From Candidatus Vampirococcus lugosii (GTDB lineage Bacteria; Patescibacteriota; Gracilibacteria; Absconditabacterales; Absconditicoccaceae), in assembly GCF_018420025.1 (NCBI RefSeq), contig NZ_JAEDAM010000011.1:1-19632 (forward strand): a DNA stretch of 19,632 nt, given 5' to 3'. Under the pieces are notes generated by a model. The model searched no databases and was not told the DNA's origin. It saw nothing but the letters and a program-made list of their open reading frames with translations. Below are positions 8,998-19,315 of the stretch, one piece after another (position 1 is the stretch's first letter; every line of letters starts with the position of its first letter). The position numbers and the translations under genes were made by a program.

Positions 8998-11604
8998 ATG
9001 AATTTTGAAAAATATACGATAAAAGCTAGTGAAGCAGTTAATCAAGCACAAAGTAATGCAATAGAAAATAATAATAATGTAATAGATGTTTTGCATATTT
9101 TAAATTCTATGTTTGAACAAGAAGATTGATATATACCTGCTATACTTAAAAAATGAAATTTTGAAATACAAAAAATACATAATGAAATAAAACAATGAAT
9201 AAATAGTTTACCAAAAATTGAATGATGAAAATATCAAATTCAAGTTTCTTATGATTTAAATCAAGCATTTATAAATGCCGAAAAACAAGCAAATAGTTTA
9301 AATGATGAATATATTACTACTTATCATATATTTTTGGCCATATTGAAATGAAACTCAAAAGCAAATAAGGAAATATTACAAAAAGAATGAATAAATTATA
9401 AAAATATTTTGGAAATAATAAACGAAATTAAAAAATGAGATTCAGTTCAAAGTGTAGATCCAGAAACTACTATGGATTCTTTAAATAAATTTGGTAGAAA
9501 TATTACTGAACTTGCAAAAAATTGAGATTTGGATCCAGTAATTGGTAGAGAAGACGAAATAGCTAGAACTATACAAATTCTTTCTAGGAGAACAAAAAAT
9601 AATCCAGTACTTACTGGTGATCCTTGAGTTGGTAAAACTGCTATTATTGAATGAATTGCACAATTAATAATTAAATCTGAAGTTCCTGATATTTTAAAAA
9701 ATAAAACAATAATAGAACTTGATATGTCAGCTTTGATGGCATGAACTAAATATAGATGAGAATTTGAAGAAAGATTGAAAGCTATATTAAAAGAATTAAA
9801 TAAATCTAAATGACAAATAATTTTATTTATAGATGAAATACATAATATAGTATGAGCTGGTAAAACTGAATGATCTATGGATATGTGAAATATGATAAAA
9901 CCTGAACTTGCTAGAGGTAAAATTAGAGTAATATGAGCAACTACTATTAATGAATATAGAAAATATGTAGAAAAAGACCCAGCTTTGGAAAGAAGATTTC
10001 AACAAGTTCATATTGATCAACCTAGTAAAGAAGATGCATTAGCTATTCTTAGATGAATAAAAGAAAGATATGAAGCTCATCATTGAGTAAAAATTACTGA
10101 TTCTTCACTTATTTCTGCTGTTGATTTATCTGAGAAATATATTACTGATAGATTTTTGCCTGATAAAGCTATAGATTTGATAGATGAAGCTTCTGCTAGT
10201 GTAAAAATGGCTCTTACTAGTATGCCTACAGAAATTATTAAATTAAAAAAACAAATTACTCAATTAGAAATTGAAAAACAAGCAATAATAAGAGATCAAT
10301 GAAATACTAGTATAGATAATAATAGAATGCAAAAACTTGAAAAAGAATTAGCTAGTGCAAAAGAAAATTATGAAAAATTAAAAATTAATTGGGAAACAGA
10401 AAGAGAATATGTAGTTAAAGTAAAACAATTAAAAGAAGAATTACAAAAATTAGAACATCAAGCACAAATAGCAGAAAAAGAAACAAATTACAATAAAGTA
10501 GCTGAAATTAGATATTGACAAATTCCAAAATTACAAAATGAATTATCAGAAATAGAAAAAAAAGTAGAAAATTCAAAAAAAGATTCTAGTATTAAAATTA
10601 AAGATATTGTAGAACCTGAAGATCTTGCACTAATTATAAGTAAATGGACACAAATTCCTGTTTCAAAACTTGTTGAAAGTGAAAAAGAAAAATTAGCAAA
10701 TATTGAAAAAAATATATCAACAAAAGTTGTTTGACAAGATTTTGCTATATCAGCAGTTGCAAATGCTATTAGAAGATCAAGAGCTTGATTGAAAGATCCA
10801 AATAAACCAGTTTGATCATTTCTTTTTTTATGACCAACTTGAGTTGGTAAAACACAACTTGCAAAATCATTAGCTGAATTTCTTTTCAATAATGAAAAAT
10901 CTATAATAAGATTAGATATGTCAGAATATATGGAAAAACATTCTGTAAGTAAACTTATTTGATCTCCTCCAGGATATGTTGGTTATGATGAAGCTTGACA
11001 ACTTACGGAAGCGGTAAGAAGAAAACCTTATTCTATAATACTTTTTGATGAAATAGAAAAAGCTCATCCAGATGTATTTAATGTATTATTGCAATTATTG
11101 GATGATTGAATACTTACAGATAACAAATGAAAAACTGTTAATTTTAAAAATACTATAATAATTCTTACTTCAAATATAGGTTCAGATATGATAATGGAAA
11201 AACTTAGTAATTCACAAGATATACAAACAAGAAAAGAAGTTGAAAATTGAATAATGAAACAACTAACTAATTATTTTCGTCCAGAATTTATAAATAGAAT
11301 AGATGACTTAATTATTTTCAATCCTATAAATGAAGAAATGTTGAAAAATATTGTTTCTATAAATTTACAAAAAATTAATGATATGCTTTATTATGATAGA
11401 TGATTAAATCTTGATTTTGATGATGAAGTTTTAAAATATTTGGCAAAAGCTTGATGGGATCCTGCATTTGGTGCTAGACCTTTGGATAGAGCTATACAAA
11501 AAGAATTATTAAATCCATTAGCAATGTCTATTATGCAATGAAATATTAAAAATAATTCTAAAATAAAAATAAATATACAAGATTGAAAAATAAGTATAAA
11601 TTAA
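8998..11604 (+). CDS. clpB: ATP-dependent chaperone/disaggregase ClpB, 868 aa
   Basis: ATG 8998, TAA 11602-11604. The full hand translation shows Walker A1 GDPGVGKTA (9616-), Walker [14 protein letters not shown], a long coiled-coil middle domain, Walker A2 GPTGVGKT (10831-), [24 protein letters not shown] and GARPL. Track ORF 10327..10518(+) is an in-frame fragment between two TGA codons. Confidence 0.97.
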
Positions 11605-11632
11605 AATTAAATTTTATATTATTAAAAAAAAA

Positions 11633-11669
11633 AGATAAAAGTACAGTAAAATTACTTTATCTCTTTTTT
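11633..11669. terminator. bidirectional intrinsic terminator between convergent clpB and the PBP gene
   Basis: Stem agataaaagta (11633-11643) / tactttatct (11653-11662): 10 bp with one bulged A and a 9-nt loop. It is followed by cTTTTTT (11663-11669) and preceded by an A-run (about 11624-11632) that supplies the U-tract for minus-strand transcripts. Confidence 0.55.
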
Positions 11670-11725
11670 ATATTACATATTTTAAGTAAAATACTTAAAA
11701 ATAAATAACTAATTAAAAAAAGATA

Positions 11726-13411
11726 TTATAAATTATTAACAACTAAATTCCAAAGATATCAAGCAGTATTTACTCAACTATCCATCATAGCAGTTCAATT
11801 ATAATTTCAAGCCCACACACATACTATCAATCATTTTTGTTTATTTGCACCACAAGTCCATCAATCAACAAATCTTCTTGAAGTTCATGTTTTTACAGCC
11901 CATCAAGGTACAGACATAAAACTATCTATCCCAAAAGATAAATTTCTATAAGAATTTTTTGTCAAAATATCATAAACTTCTTTTATTTGTACTTCATAAG
12001 AATCTAGAAAATCATATTCATTTATATCAAAAAATATTTTCCAAAGTTTTGCAAAATTTAATGGACTCATTTCATAAGTTCATAAACCAGCAGATAATCA
12101 TAAATTTCTTTCATTAAAAAATTCATGATTTTTTTCTAATTTATCTTTATTTTCTTTTCATACATTAATTCTTAATTTTTCAATAAAATTTATATAATTT
12201 CATACTCATACATCATTTAATAATTTTACAGTAGGAACATTTAGACTACTTCATAAAGCTTGTGCAAGTTTCACATCTCAAGCATAAGTTTGAGAAAAAT
12301 TTTTGGGTGCATAAATATTTTCTCATTCCAAAATATATTCTATAGGTTTATCTTCCAATATAGATTCTGAATTTAAATTTAATTCTTTCATAGCATACAA
12401 ATATAAAAAAGGTTTGGCAACTGATCAAGTTTGTCTCCTAGAAGTACAAGCATTTACCTGTCATGCAAATAAATCTTCATAAGATCTACAAATATTCATA
12501 GTCAAAACTTCTCAAGTATTATCCAAAACTAATATACAACAATCATTCATTCATTGCATATTTCTATATTCAAAAGTATTTTTTATGATATTATTTATCA
12601 TATTATGTAAATCTAGATCAAAGTTTTTAGAATTATTATTTTTTGAAGATTGAATATAATCTACATAATGATTTGCCAAATTATCAAAATTATGATAAAT
12701 ATCATTTGAAGACAATGGTGGCAAATTATATATATTTTTACAAATATTATCACTTACAAAATCAAGATTTGATATTTGATTACAAAGTAATTTAGATCTT
12801 TTTTTTAATTGATCAAAATTATTATTATTTAAAGGATTTGTACCAGTTTGATATATTGAAACCAAAAACAATAATTCAGACAAAAATAAATTTTCACAAT
12901 TATTATCAAAATAAACTAAACAAGCACTATTTAATCATCTTACTTGATTTGGAAATTCCAAATTATTTATATAATACAAAAATATATCTTCTTTTGAATT
13001 ATGTGTATTTAAATTTATAGCAATAAAATTTTCTTTAATTTTCTGCAAAATACTTCTATCAAAAAAAGCAGATTGCGATAATTTTATTGATTGCTGATCT
13101 ATAGTACTTGCTCATTGTCTATTTCCCAAAAATATATTTGAATGAATAGCTCTTGATATTGCTTTTATATCAATTCAAAAATGTGAATAAAATCTTTTGT
13201 CTTCTATTTCTTTTATTATTTGATTAATATTATTTGGTATACTATTATAATTTTCATAAGAAATATTTTTAATTCATTTTAATATATTTCATTTTGAATC
13301 ATATATTAAATTTTCTGTATTATCTTGCAATTCATATTCATACAAAAAATTAAATAAGAATAAAAATATAAAAAACAATACAAAAATTATAAAAGTCAAT
13401 TTTTTTTTCAT
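11726..13411 (-). CDS. pbpC: bifunctional class A penicillin-binding protein (GT51 glycosyltransferase + transpeptidase), 561 aa; PbpC-like by synteny with the upstream alpha-2-macroglobulin
   Basis: ATG 13411..13409, TAA 11728..11726, no in-frame TAA/TAG (checked). N-terminal TM anchor MKKKLTFIIFVLFFIFLFLF. GT51 motifs EDKRFYSHFGID (about 13171-13205) and RQGASTIDQQ (about 13091-13120). Transpeptidase motifs S-V-A-K (RQTGSVAKPF, about 12407-12440), S-L-N (ALGSSLNVP, about 12228-12260) and KTGT (about 11883-11899). Shorter than E. coli PbpC, with no extra C-terminal domain, so the symbol is tentative. Track ORF 12551..12883(-) is an in-frame fragment. Confidence 0.9.
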
Positions 13412-13450
13412 AAAATTAGAGATTATAAAAATAAATTCAATATTTGATCT

Positions 13451-16400
13451 CTAATTATTCAAAACTTTTCTTCAATGAACTTGAGTATCATACATTTCAA
13501 AAAATCTAGTAGGCATTATATTAAAATTACCATTAAATGAGTTTATTCATTCAAAAATTATTTCACATTCTGTTCAAGATTTTATACTATCATAATACAA
13601 GAAAAGTCTATCAAATCTTGATTCATAATGCGACGGCGAACATCTTCTTCATCATTTTATTTGAAAAGGTTCTGAATCATCAAATTTTGAAATATTTCAA
13701 AGTAATTTAATATTTGCTGGAATAAAGAATTCTACTGCAACTTGTGATGCATCTTTAGTTGTTGCAAAAGATCCTGTCAAAATTGTTCTATCACCTACAG
13801 AAGTATCTTTTTCTATTTCAAGATTTAATTCTGATAATCATTCAAGATAACTTTCCAATTCACCAAAATCATTTGGTAAATATGAAGTTTTCATATCTAT
13901 AAATAAGTTTTCATTACAATTCCATGAAGTTTCCAAATCTCATTTGGATTTATCAGATAAATCAATTTCTTGTGATATATTTTTAATTTCATCGGATAAA
14001 GTATGTTTATGAACTTCTCAATCAACTGTAATATCACAAGATATATCATCACTAGACTTAATTTTTAATATATATTTTGACAATGATGATATTATTTGCA
14101 TATTTTTTTGAGTTGACCATCACCAAATTCATTTATTAGTTCTATTTTCCAAAAAATCAGTCACTAATCATATTATTTCTTGATTATAATTTTCAAAATC
14201 ATATTCAATTAAACTTGAAAGGTATATTGATTGTAATATATCTTTTCAAATATATTTACTATATGATCTTGAATATTTTATTTTATCTAAATCTATTTGT
14301 TCAAGATATTTAACTGCTTGTTCTGAATCATTAATATTTGCAAATATTGCAAAAGCTAAGATTGCTAATCTAGGTTCATCATCAATATTGTCATCAATTA
14401 TTTGTTTAATAAGTTCAATATTAATATCTTTATTAACTAAAGTTCTATTATAAATATAATATGCATAAGCAAGTATATTATTTGATCATATTTTATCTAG
14501 AAAAGATTCTAAACTTGACATAAAACTTTTATCTACTTGATATCATAGACTTTCCAAATGAGAAAATACCGAATAAACATAACTACTTAAATATATAGTA
14601 GAACTTTCTCATGCTCTACTCCGATATCACATTCATCAATCAGATTTTTGATTTTGATATATTTTATCAGCTGTTTCCAAAAACATTTCATTGAAATCAA
14701 CAAATCATCTAGTTCATCAAACATTAACAGAATTTCATCTTACTATATTTTCTGAAATCAATCATTCTTGTCAAAGTTCCCATGCAAGCAATGAAGGATA
14801 AAGTCAACTCAACATTTGTTCTGTACATCCATAAGGATATCTTACCAAATAATCCAAAGCTTCTTCAAAAGCATTTATAGGCATATTAGACAAAGATAAA
14901 TCCATAGATAAATATTCATATTCACTTGGCATCTTGAAAATATGTTTTCATTCTTTATTTGAAGTAAAGAAAAAATCATTAATTTCAAATCATGAGGCTC
15001 TAATAGGTATTTTCCATTCTACTATATCTTTAAATTGATCATCACTAGCAGTGATAATAAACTTTACCCAATCATCTTGATATATATTATTTGGTATATA
15101 AACATCAAAATTTGTATTTATTTCAGAATCAGAATTTAATTTATTTGTTCATAAATCTACTTGTGTTCAATCTTCAAATTCCAAAAATCAAGAAACTTCA
15201 ATTTCATCAGATACATCAAAATCAGAATCTAAAACTACATTTACAGGTAATTTAATACTATCTCATAAAGTAAGAAATAAAGGCCAATTTGGATTTAACA
15301 TTATAGCTTGTTTTGTTTGAAAATATTCTCTATTTGTTCATATTTTTTGATTTTTATCATATCAAATAACATCAATCATCCAAGTTGTTAAATTATCTGG
15401 CAAATCAAAATCTAAATTTGCTTTACCATCTACAACATCTAAAGATCAAGTCCAATAAGCAGTATCTTTAAATTCTGTTCTCAAAGAAAGTATTCTAGAA
15501 ATTCAACCTCATCATCATTTTCTACCTCAAGTTGTATAAACTTTTAAACTATCAAAAAGCATTTTCATATTTGAAAAATTGGAAATGAAACTACCAACTT
15601 TATTATAAAAATATGGAATTGGTTCTTTAATAATATCATATAAATCTATCAAAGCTTTATCTACTACTGCCAAAGATACTTTTGCATTAACAGGATTTCA
15701 ATAATTATCATTAACAAAAACATCTAAAGACACATTTTCTCCAGGAGTATATAAATCTTTATTAGCTTCTACATCAATATTTAATTTAACAGCTGATTCA
15801 TCAATATTAGCTTGTGCATATCAAATCATAAATCTAGGTTCTTTTCTTTTATTTTCTCAATCTACATTATCCAAAACAACCGTTTCAGGTACAAGTTTTG
15901 ATACAGAAACATTTACATAAGGAATATATTCTTCTTTTGTAGGAATAGTTATTTTGTTTCAATCAAGAGTTTTTTCATATGTATCAAGAATTTCATTTCA
16001 TTTTTCTACTGTAATAATTACTTTTGCATCATTAATATATGGATTTACATTTATTTCTATTTCTTCATCTAGATCAAAACTTTTCCTAGGTATATTTACA
16101 TCCAAAACAATATTATTATCAATATCTCACCAATATCAATAATATGAATATCATCTATATGAATGTATTCTTTTTTGTGTTTCTCAATTTATATTTCAAT
16201 CCTCTCAATAAGAAATTGTTCTTAAAAAATATTGTCAAGAATCCGATAAATCCAAATTTATACTAAAATTTCAATCTTGATGAGATATTTCTTTTTTTTC
16301 AATTTCTTCAAATTCATATCAAGCTATATAATAATAACTTCAATCTACTCATTTTTCTTGTTTATGTCAATAATCTCTTTTGTACAAAATATATTCAAGA

Positions 16401-19138
16401 GATTCGGATTTATTATTTTTATCAATAATTTCACCTCTAACTAAATATTCATCTTCACTATAATTGTAATCTACAGATTGTCAATCTAGCCCAATTTTTA
16501 TTTCTGCTGGAATTTTTTCATAAAATGTAAGCAATCTAGATTCATCAGAGTTATTATCTGTAATATATAAATCAAATTTAATATCAAAATCATATCATCT
16601 ATTTTGTATTTCACTAAGATCCATAATTTCCAATGAAAAAGTTTCTTTATCAAGATTTTCATATGAAAAATTTCATCCATCAGTATGAATATTACCAAAA
16701 ATATGATTATAAGTATATTCTTTATCAGACCACCAATAACACCGCCAACATTTATCTTCACTAACTATTGAATAATCAAGTTCTATATCATAATTAGATA
16801 AATTTTCTCAAAAATAATATTTAGGATCAATTTGTAAATAATATTTATCAGCTTTTGAATACATATTTGTATCTACAAAATAAGTTGGTTTTTGATATTC
16901 TTGTATCTTTATATTATGAGAATAAGAAATATCATCTGTAAAAATATATTTAATAGTATAATCTCAAAGTTTAGCAGATTTAGGAATTTGAAAACTTCAA
17001 TCAAATCATCAAAATTCATCAAGACTTAAATTTTCTACTCTCTGTATTTCATTACTAGAATGTGATAAAATAGCATTAATATTTCATTCACTAACTGCTC
17101 AAGAATAAATATCGCTCACAAATCAAGCAAAATAAATTTCATCTCAAGGTTTATAAATAGCTCTATCCGTATATCAATAAGTTCTAATAATATCCATATT
17201 ACCTTTTTCTTTATCCATTCATATATCACTACTATCTACAAAAGATGTAATTCTTAAATTTTTGTACAAATCGTTTTCTCTATGATAATACCATAATCAT
17301 CAAGATTTTCTCAAAACAATAAAATTTTGATCATTTCATTTTGAAACTTTTATAAGCAAAACATCGGAATCTATTTCTGATAAATCTAATTTATATAAAG
17401 AATCTATTCATATTTCATATTTAATATTTTCAAATTTATCATCATAAACTTGTATATGTAATTCTTCCAAACTTTTTCCTGTATACATATCATAACTAAA
17501 AAGATACATCATATCTCCTGCTAATTTTACAAAATTTCAAATATCTGATCTAGTAAAATATCTACTTGATCTAAAATCTTCAAAAAATGAAATTCTATAA
17601 TGATTTAAATCACTTACTTGTGGAATAGAAACATGTTCATCATAGACTTTCCAGTATTCAAAATCATCTTTTATATATTCTACTTTTTGTATTTCAGCAT
17701 TACAATCAAGAAAATATTCTTCTATTCATGAAGATCATTTTTTTGTAAAATCAGCTTCTCATAATTCACATCATTGAATATATAAATCTAGTTTATCGTA
17801 ATTTTGAAATCACAATCTAATTTTATCTCACCAATATCAAGTTCTAGAAACTAAATTATATCTTTCTGTATACAAAGATCAAAATTTAAATCAATCAGGA
17901 ATTTCTTCTATATTAAAATCAAATTTATGAGTTGATTCATGTCAATAAATTGATTTTAATAAAATTTCTCATTTGTAATCTTGTCATGGAATTGGACGAT
18001 AATTTATAGAAATACTATTTTCTTTTACATTATAATCATAATATCAACTACCAAAAAAACTTTCTAAAGTTTGATCAAGTCAATGTCAAGTCAAATTAAA
18101 ATTTGATGAAATTTCAAATTTTAAATTTGATTCATTATTTGTAAATTCTGTTTCAAAATCTGCAACTTCAAAAGACATACTATAAGAGAAACCACTATCA
18201 TCAACCATTAATAATAAATAATCACCTGCATCATCTGTTTCAAAATCAAAACTTACATTTCAAGTTCAATATTTAAAATTAGATAACTCGTATTTTTTAA
18301 ATAATTTATTATCAATATCTTTAATATTATAAAAATCTGCCAAATCTTCTATATTATTTACTTCATCATTTCACATATAAAATCATAATTCATGAAAATT
18401 TAAATAATTTTCCAAATCAATATCTTTTTCTTCAATAACTCAAAATTGTTCCATATCTAAATCAATTTCTTCTGGTTTATCTATATATTTTACTAAATAT
18501 GCATTTTTCAAAAACTCATCTTTTTTATTAATTTTGAAAGAATCTAATTCTATATCCACCCAAAAACTTTCTCATACAGGCAAATCACTATTTATAATTT
18601 TTGTATTACTTGATAAATTCCTAGAAAAAGTTCAAAGAGATTCCGATCAATATTTCAATCAAATTTTTTCAAAATCTTTTCGCAATCAATAAAAATCTAA
18701 TTCTGATACAGTATCTATCATTTTACCACTTTGAAAAACATAATTTTTATCTTTTGCATATCAATTTCTTCACACTTCAAAAGTGTGTGGATCAGCATAT
18801 CTAAGTCAATATCATTCTTGAAAAGTTGATTCATTATCTTTAACATCATCAATTTCAATTTTCTTTCAATTGTAATATACATATATATTATCTTTTGAAT
18901 ATCTTTGTCAGAGATTTTCTTTCTCTCAATAATTAAGTTCATCTTCTGATGATAAAAGATCTTCTACTTCATCTAAATTTTTTTCCTTTTCTTCTTTATC
19001 AAGATTACTAGTATGTTTATTAATTTCATACAAATTAAATCATAAAATAACCAAACAAAAAAATCAAAATATTCATATACTTATAAATTTTATGTTTTTA
19101 ACAACATATTCTTTTATTCTATCAAAATTAAAATTCAT
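13451..19138 (-). CDS. bacterial alpha-2-macroglobulin family protein (thioester-containing protease trap), 1895 aa, N-terminal membrane anchor
   Basis: ATG 19138..19136 with an upstream in-frame stop at 19145-19147; TAG 13453..13451. All 95 sequence lines were checked in frame (low coordinate = 2 mod 3) with no TAA/TAG. Family motifs: YKPGDEIYFAGFV (about 17131-17160), LAVVDKALIDL, GGRKGGGGG..EFKDTAYW, LPDNLTTWMIDVIGY (15361-15406) and thioester PYGCTEQM. The N-terminus MNFNFDRIKEYVVKNIKFISIGIFGFFCLVILGF is a single TM helix with no canonical lipobox. Confidence 0.92.
14816..14827 (-). other. thioester motif Cys-Thr-Glu-Gln (CxEQ) of the alpha-2-macroglobulin
   Basis: Plus strand ttg ttc tgt aca reads on the minus strand as tgt aca gaa caa = C-T-E-Q, within PYGCTEQM. 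It is intact and in frame. Confidence 0.85.
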
Positions 19139-19225
19139 TATTAATTAATAATATTAAAATGTAAATTGATTATTAATATAAATAAATAACAAAAAAATGC
19201 AAATATAAAGATATATTTTTATTAA

Positions 19226-19243
19226 TTCCCGCCCGGGCGAGAA
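19226..19243. promoter_or_regulatory. GC-rich 18-bp near-palindrome TTCcCGCCCGGGCGaGAA (candidate operator) in the divergent intergenic region
   Basis: 8 of 9 dyad pairs match. The perfect 10-bp core cgcccgggcg is at 19230-19239, and 19228-19239 is a 12-nt all-G/C run in otherwise almost pure A/T intergenic DNA. Lies 88 nt upstream of the A2M ATG and 73 nt upstream of the + strand ATG. Confidence 0.35.
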
Positions 19244-19249
19244 GTAAAT

Positions 19250-19315
19250 TTGAAAAAATTAGAAAAATCATTATAAAGTTAGTATTTTTTTATTTTATAT
19301 ACTAACTTTTTTTAT
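19250..19315 (+). promoter_or_regulatory. candidate promoter plus an 11-bp inverted repeat immediately upstream of the 19316 start codon
   Basis: TTGAAA at 19250-19255, a 16-nt spacer, then TATAAA at 19272-19277. Perfect inverted repeat aaagttagtat (19275-19285) / atactaacttt (19299-19309) with a 13-nt T-rich loop, followed by tttttata and ATG 19316. The left arm overlaps the putative -10. Confidence 0.3.

Noticed and set aside
9481-10889. Track ORFs 9481..9663(-), 9823..10020(-) and 10488..10889(-)
   Set aside because: They are antisense to the unambiguous clpB frame. They are low-complexity translations with no start context or family resemblance.
13412-13450. A2M and PBP as one fused read-through ORF (same frame, 39-nt gap)
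   Set aside because: A clean TAG (13451-13453) ends the A2M. The PBP begins with its own ATG and TM anchor. Nothing suggests a programmed read-through.
15954-18942. Track ORFs 15954..16142(+), 16498..16761(-) and 18718..18942(-)
   Set aside because: The first is antisense to the A2M frame. The other two are on the same strand but out of frame (low coordinate = 1 mod 3, against 2 mod 3 for the A2M).
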